Source: Carpediemonas membranifera BICM (taxonomy: Eukaryota > Protista > Fornicata). Taken from it: a stretch of 64,000 nt of DNA. The stretch is from NCBI GenBank assembly GCA_019828565.1, contig JAHDYR010000003.1:619409-683408 (forward strand), given 5' to 3'. Below the pieces are notes generated by a model that did not search any database, was not told where the DNA came from, and was given only the letters and a program-made list of their open reading frames with translations. The translations under genes were made by a program, and so were the position numbers. Numbering within the stretch: the stretch's first letter is position 1; the number at the start of each line of letters is the position of its first letter. Shown one piece after another: positions 24,301 through 33,231 of this stretch.

Positions 24301-25134
24301 TTGCCGACGATGGAAGGGCTGCCGCACTACCCCTTCATCGAGGTCGAGCCCTACCGCGGGCTGCCCGGCGAGATCCAGTTCGATTATCTCGGAGCATATC
24401 TAGATTTCGTATCAGATTCACCCAATCTCGCTGTGGCTCGGGCAGCTGTCCACAAGTATCGTGACTTCCCTATTGAAGAGTGGCGCCGCATGTTCGAGGC
24501 AATGGGCACCCAGCTCGCCGAGCTTGACGGCACCACTCCTGAGTCGCAAGTAGAGTCGGATGAGACGATCGATCAGACTCCCGAGCTTTCGTTGACCATC
24601 GCCGACCGCAAGTGCCGCATTGCCTCACGTTGCATCGACACAGTTGAGCTACACTTCTACCGCACCTCTCTCGAGCGTCTGTTCAGCAAGCGGCCCTTCT
24701 TCGAGAACGTCGGCATGCAGCCCGACATCCTCCCGCACCACTCTGTCACTGTGCAGGTTAACGCTGACTCCATGGAAGTCAAGATCCCAGCCGACGTGGC
24801 TGACTCCGACTGCCTTGTCGAGGCCTCAGGCGGCGGGCTCTCCTCCACAGCCCTGTACATGTGCGGCGGGTTGATGCTCCTGCCGAGCGTCCAGTCGGGT
24901 CAGGTCAGGGTCGTCGACTCGGACCAGCGGCCCCTCGCTGGGGTTTACGTCAAGGTGTATGCTAAGACAGCCTCCAACCCTGCCGGCCAGTTCCACAAGG
25001 ATGGCTTCACTGACAGACGGGGGTGGTTCGATTATGCGAGCCTCTCAGGGGCCAAGGCCGACGTCGAGCAGTATGCCCTGTTCGCCCACAAGGAGGGGTC
25101 CGCCGTCAGGATCGTGGAGGCGCCGCTGTTGTAG
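18394..25134 (+). CDS. Giant intronless uncharacterised protein (~2250 aa), macroglobulin-like beta-rich segments, resembling a bacterial-type family
   Basis: Uninterrupted ORF; first ATG at 18394. Motifs KYSEFACHEL, YVKVYAK...FHKDGFTDRRGWFDYASL and FYFPHPGEF. Central acidic tract. Confidence 0.75.
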   Translation: MTNVPGDSVELLERWILSRATLDRENDAQLAKVLETVPPNEPMHAFIRILTEQLKSGSKTQSSKEKQLMKDAVAKFGRDNPLIVILSRRRLLLSFDSGSHEDQDALLAQLTSDLQLETRMAAFKEPLAARTDALPSAVTAPAPLAAFEEELKKDPENCVISDLAANWVLSDVSRLKLLSRRRVGVLLDSARDIATAPHVLDAIVYAKGDKKAMGDFNVESSLSVEQLEEYARMCPEVTHFAAYHQAMLASMAPDVPTGGEDAFADEIESYHNEIWRYAESKIPAQLQGVKLGLQLAVLGFFVSKGKEAEPAVLDKIHSLLTTTDLALDLFNPLQNAGNSRQSRIEVDTNSISLRLLPPFNLRPLVVTLLTTAVVHRGPDTYRAKIRSSVIDSIVAEQAILTGGDVTSAAEILGHAKVREITTRVELEVRPIQRWRPGDDVTLEVDVKNVPELTVRVFEINAKAYYASRKTELTADVGLEGFKPNSTSSIKYSNAAAIKHRERVSVIPKADRGSYIIELVGGGLSCRVLAVIGHYQLVTAPSVHGLVATVIDETGKVVHDAIVTVGGRELESDSGVTVIPFTTSSVSASTPVIAHTRDGPASLTHLTLPVESYHLSGSFMVPHGALLPGHRATALPCVYLTVNGVQQLALDQINQPTIRTVCIDSEGTEAVRVVKPDLSDPGLVVDLAVPPNMRSVAITLEGRIKVISTGKWQNLTLTTSYDVATNSGSTDAVQPFVRKDSSRGWVAALKGLNGEAVVGERVSVLITSFVAPDFHCELQTDEQGEIALGDLALVKDATISFPTQRGSGKSASLTFNPNQRQWMPEGLVVAKEGEDVAVALSQDSLDELSSVFIERLREGVVVRRIPVAVETPANTVLTGLTEGSYRLVVRTPTAVYHREVRVVKATATLPGERASVLVGRSRIVEETQDDLAIEISAARSEDSIKIEAIAAGFTESTVIHVTVDPILPRWLPETLVHPHVPAPAQTMPAYPMAQVRNAMPLSKETLYVLNRQAQTARHGVSLPQPELLVVEKEAKADEPQDLKMAGLAETRKPIARTAHLSREEKPRAFGFGIGLNSRPGRAGSASDGVLPASFADPTSVSFFVPVGEDGSASITLPAPLSHGCVTAIATDSGRVATARTWVDSTPIAHDTRYTTRYSAETSLVAGRDASLLGPGYLSEYTVQDAAGASTATYSSLAKVHALFSALSGDTRLDKFSFLLDWDSMSDAAKLAKYSEFACHELAFFIYMRDRPLFNQHIYPFLCCKLEPTFVDLFLVGADLFPFLARKNTLNHFELILLAWWCKDHDRQASADAIIAQVSRTGPQSVSASDINRAFNYVFTSTDEDEEEEEEEVESPPEPSFHSEGSVSESDLSSDDECDDTLLNSFGAAPGGRGGGDISELMSSITEMSRASKLCDMSMKCDLLMADEAECERFAAPKGKSKKMARSSMKNDRAKPMAPAKRGRAMGSPAFKNKVAQAKQQQAPLFRQVEATKEYAEHNFYLTDNSPGLVAPSLFWSDWARHIIAKGPDAPFLSKHVALPAMYGTAPINAMLLALAVLGLPIEPAETVVTMERVGGAVRKTVAATGPTILWRKEVKVTKAEPTRDDLIISWRITDPADIRDEKPATVPTCASFVAGHVYSLEIVVTNIAPRSAHFDLLFQLPSGTIPVADGLISKTEHVSIDQYASYTTSTAFYFPHPGEFAAVPPHTSKGDELLARGATMSALTVVDQSTESASWGFIASRGSLEDVVKFLGTSDLRGVDLTEVCWRCNDADAFDSIISALSARRVYCDELWMYSVKHNRAPALRAFLARSPLASPVRRGVGVEFTSGLLSVYDDSPVVSIKPIVPPRVHVDPQAAIPESIAQAYSALLARLVYTPRLTPTDLLHLAYFLILEGKVDLAEEVYSNASKQWRKTHRDAPDLIFEGKPAPVAFKCDVSGEIITGKRYASLVAPGKDVARSHRKEGASGASMPLPTMEGLPHYPFIEVEPYRGLPGEIQFDYLGAYLDFVSDSPNLAVARAAVHKYRDFPIEEWRRMFEAMGTQLAELDGTTPESQVESDETIDQTPELSLTIADRKCRIASRCIDTVELHFYRTSLERLFSKRPFFENVGMQPDILPHHSVTVQVNADSMEVKIPADVADSDCLVEASGGGLSSTALYMCGGLMLLPSVQSGQVRVVDSDQRPLAGVYVKVYAKTASNPAGQFHKDGFTDRRGWFDYASLSGAKADVEQYALFAHKEGSAVRIVEAPLL

Positions 25135-25293
25135 GTGGGGCAACGAATGCTATAAATACTAAGTTTGAGCCCCACTTCCCCTTGCCTCTTGTCGAAGTGA
25201 AGTATGACAATTATCAGGCGGCTTCAGTCGCTATCACGCCATAGGCCACGACCCGGGCAACGGCAATAACTCTCTAATCCGCATTTATAAACC

Positions 25294-26994
25294 CTACAGG
25301 GTCGACAGGAAGTCCGAGAAGAGCAGCTCGAACCTGGCTGCGGCCCGGGGCGTCATGGCCCGCTGGGCCCGGTCGTAGACGCTCGAGTATTGCCCAGACT
25401 GCACCGCCAGACGGACAAGCCCCAGCCACAGCTCGGGGATGTTGCCGTCTATCCGCAGGGCTGCCTCGACGATCCCCGCCGCCTCGGTCGGGGGCACACG
25501 GTCGACCAGGGCAAGCACGGTGCCGGGCCCGGCAAACGTCGGCAGGGCCTTCACTTCAGCCAGCACGGCCGCGGGGGCGACGCGGCTGAGGCTGACCCAT
25601 ATACTGTTGGCCGCGGCCACCAGAGCTTCTCTGGGCGCTGTAGTCGCCATCGGGAAGGCTACAGCACGAACTGCAGCGAGGAGGGTGGCAGGGTCTCCGC
25701 TAAGCTCGACCTCATCGTCCGTGAGCACCCCGATGGCCGTCTTCAGTGCGTCGACAGGGTCGACCGGTTTGGCGAGGGCCGCGGCCAGGGCCTCGTACGT
25801 CTCGGCCGAGTCGATCGACTCAGCATTCACCAGAGCCTGCCCGGCCGTTGTCTTCTCGAGTGGGCTCCCGCTGATGACCTCGGCAGGGTCAAGGCCCACC
25901 TCGTCACACCGGGCGACGATGAACTGTGCCGCAACCTCCCTGGTGAAGTCTGATTCGAGGGTGAGGTTGGCCACAGAGGCGAGCACCCCCATGCTGTCCA
26001 GGCCCAGCTCACTGATGGCCGTCCAAAGCCGGGTCAGAGCGGGGCCGACCTCCTCGTCGTCGGCATCCTCGAACGCCTCGAGGATGGCGGGTGACGCTTC
26101 AGACCATGATGACCCAGCGAGCAGGCCGGACTTGTGAATGGCAACGATCACATCTACGGCGGTATTGACGCACTCGTCGTCCGCGGCCTCTAGCACGGCG
26201 TCGAGGAGCTTCTGCGGGCACAACGGGATGACACTCACGACGACCTCCTCCGCGGCGTCCGGGGGGAGCTCGGCGATGGCTGTGGTGAATATAGTGAGTG
26301 CATCGGCCAATGCCGTCTCCCTCTCGCCCTCAAGCTCGCCCCGCTCCTCATCGGAGTCGGCCTTCTCGAGCTCACGTCCCACAGCGATGTAGTGTGTCAG
26401 ATGGAGCTTGATGAGGTGAGTAACGATGGCAGACGAGTTAGGGTTCAGCCGCCTGGCGTTGAGCAGCGTGGTCCTCGCCTCCTTGAGCTCGCCAGTCATA
26501 TGATAGCTCCAGGCCGCCATCAGCGTCCACAACAGCTCACTGTGGGGGTTCTTGGAGACAGACTCGCCGAATATCGCCGAAAGTCTGGAGTCGGCGCCGG
26601 TGCGTTGGGCGAAGTCGATGTAGCGGACCCACTGGGCCTCGTCCCGGGGATGCTGGAACACGGCGCGCTCGTACAGACTGTATATCCGGGCAAGACCAGC
26701 ACCCTCGTGCTCGAGCTGGTCGCGCTCATGGCCGGCAGCAGAGACAGCCTCGCGACGTTCAACCTCGTTGGACTCTTCAAAGGCGATGATTTCCTCGTAT
26801 CTGGCTACTGGTGGAGTGATACTAGATGCAAATATACCATAGCTCAGCTTGCGGCGCTTCTTGAGAATGCTCTTCGCGGTTTCCTGGTGTAATAGAGAGA
26901 ACAGTGGACAAACGTCTGATATGATCTTCAGCTTGATCAGCTCATCAAGCTCCGGGATAGAACGCTCCACATACGCCTCAGCTTTCTCCGCCAT
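25294..26994 (-). CDS. UTP6: U3 snoRNA-associated protein 6 (HAT repeats); in-frame 30-nt intron at 26884-26913
   Basis: N-terminus MAEKAEAYVERSIPELDEL...KSILKKRRKLSY matches the Utp6 start. HAT-like LYERAVFQHP..QWVRYIDF. Intron GTTTGT...TTACACCAG. Confidence 0.75.
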   Translation of the reverse strand: MAEKAEAYVERSIPELDELIKLKIISDVCPLFSLLHQETAKSILKKRRKLSYGIFASSITPPVARYEEIIAFEESNEVERREAVSAAGHERDQLEHEGAGLARIYSLYERAVFQHPRDEAQWVRYIDFAQRTGADSRLSAIFGESVSKNPHSELLWTLMAAWSYHMTGELKEARTTLLNARRLNPNSSAIVTHLIKLHLTHYIAVGRELEKADSDEERGELEGERETALADALTIFTTAIAELPPDAAEEVVVSVIPLCPQKLLDAVLEAADDECVNTAVDVIVAIHKSGLLAGSSWSEASPAILEAFEDADDEEVGPALTRLWTAISELGLDSMGVLASVANLTLESDFTREVAAQFIVARCDEVGLDPAEVISGSPLEKTTAGQALVNAESIDSAETYEALAAALAKPVDPVDALKTAIGVLTDDEVELSGDPATLLAAVRAVAFPMATTAPREALVAAANSIWVSLSRVAPAAVLAEVKALPTFAGPGTVLALVDRVPPTEAAGIVEAALRIDGNIPELWLGLVRLAVQSGQYSSVYDRAQRAMTPRAAARFELLFSDFLSTL

Positions 26995-27183
26995 GGACGG
27001 TGTACTGCGGTTTCGCTCTGCTCTTGAGAAGCTATACATTACATCATGTATCAGCCATAAATGAGAGCTGTGCTGAGTTGACCCAAGTTCAAGACACAGA
27101 CGAGGTGGTGTACACGGGCGTGGCTTCGGCGACACCAAGCTCATCGCGCTGACCGCTATCATTTATAAACCTGGCGCGACGGC

Positions 27184-28278
27184 TCACTCGGACACGATGC
27201 GCTCCTCGACGATGTCCCTGCTGTCCTTGCTGTACTCGCGCATCACCGCGGGCACTGCGCTCGGGGCGAACAGCCCGAGCTCCGTGATGACGCCCGCGAT
27301 GTCGTCCGCGCTGGTGACGTCGTACGCGATGTTGAGCACCTTGGGGCCGTTCTCGACGCCATGGAGCGGCGAGGCGGGGCTGACCATCTGGCCGGCGGGG
27401 TAGAGCTCGTTGTGGGCGACCGAGTCGATCTGCACCTGGTTGCAGAACTTGATCGTCTCGCACACAGCGAGGATCGGCTTGTGGCGGTCGTTCGCGATCA
27501 CAGCGACCATCGCGGTGCCAACCGGCCCGACCATCGCGCCGTTCGCCATGTACGCGTGCGCGCCGAGCAGGATGGTGTCGGCCTCCTTGACGACGCGCGA
27601 GGCCGCCCCGATGAGGCAGTACGAGCATGGGATGCCCGCGCTCTGCAGGCTATGGAGCATGCGGCGGCCGGTGTAGCGAGGCGGCGCGTCGATGACGGTG
27701 ACCTCGAAGTCCTTGCCCTCCTCCTGGCGGGCGCCGATCAGGCCGCGCGCGATGACGCTGTTGTATCCGTACGTCAGCACGCGGTTGCCGTCGTTGACGA
27801 GGCTGACGATGCGCTCGCCGATGAACTGGCCCGCGATGGTGACGCGCTTCGACTGGAGCGTGTCGATGAATTCGAGCAGCTTGTCGCAGCCGCACTCCTT
27901 CGTGACGGTGTCGTCCTTGCGCATCTGGGCCTCGATGTCGCTGATCTCCTGCTTGAGGAGGTCCACGATGTTGTCGACGGGGATGGGCAGCGAGCGGCCC
28001 AGTTCCGCGTTGCTCATGAGCGCGTCGAGCCTGAGGCTGGCCAGGCGATGCCATGGGCTGGCATTAAGCGTGTCTGTGTGCAGCTTCTTGATCGAACCGA
28101 TCATCTCCGCATAGGTCTGCAGGAACGCCGTGATCCGGTCAGTGCACTCGCTGTACACGTCGTTGACGTCTCTGATCGAGAAGCGGGCCGCGGATGCGCT
28201 CCCCTCCTCGCAGGACATGACCGCGGAGCTGGACTTCTGCGGGTCCAGCTCGTGTAGATGCTTGAACATGGCTGGCAT
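27184..28278 (-). CDS. EIF2B4: Translation initiation factor eIF2B subunit delta, copy 1
   Basis: ILLGAHAYMANG..VGTAMVA..CETIKFC..VQIDS..NEL..LNIAYDVT..VITELG..SAVPAVMRE, typical of the delta/GCD2 subunit. Confidence 0.85.
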   Translation of the reverse strand: MPAMFKHLHELDPQKSSSAVMSCEEGSASAARFSIRDVNDVYSECTDRITAFLQTYAEMIGSIKKLHTDTLNASPWHRLASLRLDALMSNAELGRSLPIPVDNIVDLLKQEISDIEAQMRKDDTVTKECGCDKLLEFIDTLQSKRVTIAGQFIGERIVSLVNDGNRVLTYGYNSVIARGLIGARQEEGKDFEVTVIDAPPRYTGRRMLHSLQSAGIPCSYCLIGAASRVVKEADTILLGAHAYMANGAMVGPVGTAMVAVIANDRHKPILAVCETIKFCNQVQIDSVAHNELYPAGQMVSPASPLHGVENGPKVLNIAYDVTSADDIAGVITELGLFAPSAVPAVMREYSKDSRDIVEERIVSE

Positions 28279-28286
28279 CGAAGGAC

Positions 28287-28316
28287 TGTGCTGCGCAGGA
28301 TTAGAATTGTTGAGTC
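28287..28316 (-). repeat. 30-bp direct repeat GACTCAACAATTCTAATCCTGCGCAGCACA (downstream of Fanzor, copy 1)
   Basis: Exact match to 30666-30695, 47687-47716 and 49345-49374. Confidence 0.95.
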
Positions 28317-28416
28317 ACACAGTGATCCAAGCAGCATCAGGATCGCAGTGTGGTTCATCATACTCTATCAATCGTGCGCAGCATATCACGCGCGCTGCAG
28401 CGCGTGTTTGCTCAAC
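28287..28416 (-). ncRNA. Putative Fanzor omegaRNA scaffold, copy 1
   Basis: Immediately 3' of the Fanzor ORF; nested stems; appears identical to 49245-49374. Confidence 0.5.
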
Positions 28417-28424
28417 TTAGCAAG

Positions 28425-30305
28425 TTAATGATAGCGAGGAAGAGCACCTCTCTGGGAGTCGTAGTGGAAAGGAGATTGCTCTATCTGATCTGAAGTTGCA
28501 TCGTGGGTGCACCAAAGGATGTTCTCGCTGGCGCTCTTATCTCGGTGAGAGAGATTGAGAAGTATGTCTCTCTGCTCGGGATGCCGACGTAGCCGTTCAA
28601 CGCGCCATGGAGCTCCCTCGCACGCGGGATTCTGGCAGAGCATGGTGCGGTGTGTGTGCACCACACGTCGGAAGTGTGCTTTGCAGTATGGCCACACGAT
28701 GGAAGTGCGGATTCCGAGACCATCGTGACACTCACGACGACGTTGTGCCGGAGCATGATGCCAGGAAGAGCTCGAGCAAAGTGGCGGTACGGAGCACAGG
28801 AGGGAGTGCCGGCGGAACCGAACAGTGTAGCCCCATACGCGACTTCGAGGTGAATGGGCTCCAGGGGGCGCCCGCCGAGATCATCCAGGAGTTGACGTCC
28901 AGCCCGGGCGAAGTGCTTCAGGCGCAGACAGTGATTGGCAAAAGTCGCACGGCAGAAACACTTTCTAGTCCCCTCGTTGATGATCTGAATCCGATGTTCT
29001 CATGGACAAACCTAATCGACTGTTTGAGAGCCTCTAGACTTGTCGTTTTGAACGATGCTGCGCTCATATTCACGCGTAAAGTGGGGGTGGCAGTGTAGCC
29101 ACACTTAGCGAGTACGCCAGATACACTCTGCCCGTCTGGGCGGCGGATCGTGTAGCCGCCCAGCGACCGAGCACCAAGGTCGAAGCCCATGAGAGCTTGA
29201 ATGTCCGGGGCAGGAGTAGCCTCGGCGTCATCCTGACCGAGCCGAGCCCGCTTGTTGCTGCTACCCTTTTTGTACGTGGGCCGGTCAGCCACCCGACCGC
29301 CACGGTATTTCTCGCGACCCACCCAAACCGTCACAGCAGCAGAGACCCCGTCAGTCTTCACTGAGAGCACTCTGCGGAGCTTGGTGATGTCGCCGTGATC
29401 ACGCTCGTATTCAGCCACCTGCTCGTCGGTCAAATTCTTGGTTGCTGACCAATTCACGTGCACACGCAGGCGCCGCTTCATCGCTGGGGTGAGCGCTGTT
29501 ACTCCGCGCTCGATGGTCATGAACCCAGGCCTGACCGGTGCCATCGGCACGAACGGGACGAGCTTCGGCTCTGGCAGGGCCTGACTGAGCTCGAGGTTCA
29601 CGGCACGAGTGAGTGTGACCAGCTTGGTCACTGCAGCACTCATGCGCGTGACGCACGACAGCACGCCGACGAGGGCCTCGGCCACGGTACCAGTGCGACC
29701 CACCCGTTGCTCCTCGGGCGATGCATGCCATGATCGGCGGCTATGGCGGCAACCTCAGTGTCGAGCTCGCCTAGGGTGTCGAGAAAATCCTGTCGAACAC
29801 CCGGCCGATCATGGAGGAGCGGACGCACCCGTTCTAATACAGCACGAAGACGGGTCAGGTACCCTGGTGACGCGCGCGAGAGCCAGACCCGGGTGACTGT
29901 GGAGTACTCACCCAACCAGCTCTGAAATGGCGCTGCAATTCCAACGTAGGCTTCCCTGAAGTCCCGGACGAGTGGGGTTATGTCAGGGTCCCTCCACATC
30001 GCCAGGTCGCAAATCCACCTGCACCGATCCGCTGCCTTTGCCTTCGACACCTTTTGCTGAGCAATGCTGACGATCTGCGTGAGGACCTCCTCGCCGAACA
30101 GGTTGTCCGTCCTCGGTGGGGTCAACGCGTGCGCAGATGCAGAGACGCACGCAAGCAGGCAAGTGAATGTGTACTTAGCCTGCGTGAAAGAACGCATGCC
30201 GGGTTCAAGATTTCCTCGCCGCGGCGCGTTGTTATCGCCTCCGCCGTTAATCTCGCCAATGGCCTTGTTAACGGAAGCCTTCACCGTGTATATCTTGAAA
30301 GGCAT
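28425..30305 (-). pseudogene. Fanzor1 (TnpB-like RuvC nuclease), full length but frameshifted
   Basis: N-terminus MPFKIYTVKASVNKAI; VKTDGVS; RuvC-I GFDLG; VAYG; RuvC-III HRDKSASENI. Relative to copy 2 it has a 19-nt deletion (~29722), a 2-nt insertion (~28990) and a 1-nt deletion in the EFRTS motif (~28712). Confidence 0.85.
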
Positions 30306-30665
30306 CGGAGTCTATTGAGCTGCCTGCATCGATCATTTCTTTTCAGGGTTCATCAGCTAGCAGCATCCCTCAAAACACAAGAAACCAGCATCATACAACA
30401 CAAAGCGTCTTTACTACCAGCTACAACCGCTTTCCACCACTAGTGTCTCTCACAACAGACTAAGATGACGAAGACGACGACGTCATGAGCTTCAGACGCC
30501 GGCAATGGACGACAGATGAGCGCGTAACAGACGAGCACAGACGCGAAAGAAGACAGCAGCGTTCGACACAGACGATGGACGACGCATCTTTTCGTGCAGA
30601 CCGACGACTGAAAGCACGAAAGCCCGATGGTACAGACGAGGGCTGAAGTGGGTGAGTGGAGGTAG

Positions 30666-30695
30666 TGTGCTGCGCAGGATTAGAATTGTTGAGTC
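30666..30695 (-). repeat. 30-bp direct repeat (upstream of Fanzor, copy 1)
   Basis: Exact match to the other three copies. Confidence 0.95.
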
Positions 30696-31055
30696 TAAAA
30701 GACAGCTTAAGTCACCTTTACATGAATCCTCCACATAAACCTCTAAATACCACAAGGACGCTGTCATAAACTGCTCGGGCCAGACACCGCGCAGGCGGCC
30801 ATGATGCAGACATAGCAAGCTAGAGATATGTACATGGACATAAGAGTACGGCGGGATTCTCGAAAATGTTGGAGACACCAGTAGGGTTGGAAGAGGGTAG
30901 GCGTGAGTTCAGCCGCCTGCCGTCGACGTGTGAGCGCCCCGCGGTAATCCACCGGTGAGAAGTTGTTAGCTCTGTTTATTCATTCTAACTGAAGCTTGCT
31001 TCTAACGAGCGACGCATGCCTGGCCGTAGTGTGACAATGACAGACCCAGCGACAC

Positions 31056-31395
31056 TCAGGTCACCCTGCACACAAACCCGACAACGAATATGACCAGGGG
31101 GACAAGCATGACGATGCAGCAGCGGCCGCAGCCCCAGCTCAGGATCTGCCGGGAGAGCTCGGACAACTCGGCATTGGCGGCCTTAACGATGCTGTGTGAG
31201 GAGTTAATGGGTTTCATACGATGCATTCTGTGCTACATGGGCCTGTAAATCTTCTACAACCTCCTTGTCAACGTCTAGGTGGTCGCCGATTGCCTCTACT
31301 CGATGTCTGAGGTTCCGAACGCCATCAAAGATGATGCTTGCCATATCTCCGACCATGTCACCGGCAGTATTAGTCTGCTTCTCGTTTTCATCCAT
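31056..31395 (-). CDS. Small Qc-type SNARE-like tail-anchored protein; intron 31192-31219
   Basis: Heptad coiled coil (LRHRVEAIGDHLDVDKEVVEDLQAHV). Removing the 28-nt GTATGA..TCACACAG intron adds ...LSRQILSWGCGRCCIVMLVPLVIFVVGFV, a C-terminal TM segment. Confidence 0.6.
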
Positions 31396-31625
31396 CGACT
31401 AACGATTTCTGCGTTGTCATTTGGCAAAACTGCGTTTTGTTCCCAAAATGGCAGAGGGCGACCTGGAAAAGTGTGACTGAGGCTATAGACGCGCGTCATC
31501 TCTGCCCCGATCCTTGGCGACTAAAATTGAGTTCGACTGAACCGCAGTTTGTTAATCACCAATATTTCGCAAAGGGGACCTTTAAAGCCCCTTCGGCCAC
31601 TTTTTTCCCTCAGAATCATCTCGCT

Positions 31626-32939
31626 ATGCACAGTATGTAGAGCCTTTGTGCACGTCAACGTTATACAGAATACAAATTATTGTCCAAGAAGGGAGAAGGA
31701 ACATTCAGCGAAGTCATCAAGGCCCAATGCATCAAAACAGGCCGTTTCGTCGCGATCAAGAGGATGAAAGCACGGTTCACCTCTGTAGAACAGGTGAACA
31801 ACCTTCGCGAGATTCAGGCGCTGCGCCGTCTCTCCAACCACCCCAACGTCATCCATCTCCTCGAGGTCATCTACGACCGCCCCTCCGGTCGCCTCTCGCT
31901 GGTCTTCGAGCTCATGGACCTCAACATCTACGAGCTCATCAAGGGTCGCCGCCACTACTTATCGGAAAGACGAGTATCGATGTACATGTACTCCCTGATG
32001 AAGAGCATCGAGGTCATGCACCGCCACGGCATATTCCACAGAGACATCAAGCCCGAGAACATCCTGGTGTGCGGCGACCAGCTCCGACTGGCCGACTTCG
32101 GGTCCTGCCGCGGCATCTACTCGAAGCCCCCCTTTACCGAGTACATCAGCACACGCTGGTACCGCGCCCCAGAGTGCTGCCTCACCGATGGTTACTATAA
32201 CCACAAGATGGACATCTGGGGTGTCGGCTGCGTCATGTTCGAGGTCCTGTCACTCTACCCTCTCTTCCCCGGCACCGACGAGGCTGACCAGGTTGCCAAG
32301 ATCCACGCTGTCCTCGGGACCCCCGACCCGGACCTGTTGAAGCGGATGAAGCGCTACTCACGGTCCAACCACATCTCGTTCGACTTCCCCCCTCAGAACG
32401 GGTGCGGTCTCAAGAAGATGCTCCCCCACGCCACCCCCGAGTGTCTAGACCTCCTGACCAAGCTGCTCCAGTACAACCCCGACAAGCGCATCTCCGCTCG
32501 GGCAGCCCTGAAGCACCCCTACTTCCGGGAATGGAGGGAGCGGGACGAGCTGCTCGAGGCACAGTCGCACGCGTCATCGCCCAGAGAGGCGGGCACGGCG
32601 TCCCGGCCTGTGTCCATGAGGCGGACTGGGTCGAATCTCAGCGAAACTGTCAACATCGTCAAGCCCGCCGGCGCTCCCGCCCATCCCAGCCTAGGCCACC
32701 CTATGAGGCCCGGCCGGGAGTTCAAGCCGAGCCAGGTGGTGGCGCCCCACCAGGTGACTGCCCCTAAACTGCCCATGGTGAGTAGCGGGCCTGTTCAGAA
32801 GACAGATACGGCACGAAGCAATAAGAGCGACCGGAGCAAGTACGGTAAGATCAGCCTGCCCCATGTGGGTGGGGCGAAGAACAGTGGGTTAGAGGTCGTC
32901 GCGAGCGGGGTCAGCTCCGGCAGCAGGCGAGTTATGTGA
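31626..32939 (+). CDS. MOK: MOK/RAGE (LF4-like) protein kinase; intron 31633-31668
   Basis: Spliced start MHKYKLLSKKGEGTFSEV; QVNNLREIQALRRL, HRDIKPENIL, LADFGSCRGIYSKPPFTEYISTRWYRAPEC. Confidence 0.92.
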
Positions 32940-33231
32940 GCTATGTATATGGGACTAGCAGGAAGTATTGTAAATGCCTTATCGCATGCTTTGAAACTGT
33001 GGCGGGTCATTCCTAGGCGGTAATCGAACAGCCAGGTGTCGAGTGCAACAATGCCAACAGGGGTGCATCCAGACAGTGGTGACGTCACCTGCAGCGACTC
33101 CCCGGCGTTTGAGCGCTGTGTAGTCCAAGCCACCACAGTCTGCCCCGGTGCCCCAGAGTGGATAACGGCCACTGTGACTCGACTCGACTCGAATGATTGC
33201 TTCATTTTTCGAGAGACGTGCGGTGCCAAAC

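Larger units (their letters stand above)
27160..30818 (-). mobile_element. Fanzor + omegaRNA-like + eIF2B-delta cassette, copy 1
   Basis: Near-identical inverted copy of 47564-50501. The 721-nt length difference is fully explained by five indels (+737, -19, +2, -1, +2). Contains the Fanzor gene and two 30-bp direct repeats. Confidence 0.8.

Noticed and set aside
26995-27162. N-terminal extensions of the UTP6 ORF (similarly CCDC13 56212-56433 and the ORF at 41702-41785)
   Set aside because: Family similarity and codon bias begin at the downstream ATG; the upstream parts look like promoter or UTR.
27140-27165. Target-site duplications or TIRs at the outer limits of the duplicated cassette
   Set aside because: The flanks of copy 1 (CTCTAGC / ATAGCGG) and copy 2 (TTTAGGGA / TGCTTGCC) show no exact duplication or terminal inverted repeat. 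The true outer ends remain undefined.
30492-30952. Transposase ORF upstream of the Fanzor (128-aa and 62-aa ORFs; 47564-47890 in copy 2)
   Set aside because: No DDE, HUH/Y1, serine or tyrosine recombinase motifs are recognisable, and the ORFs run through the repeat region.
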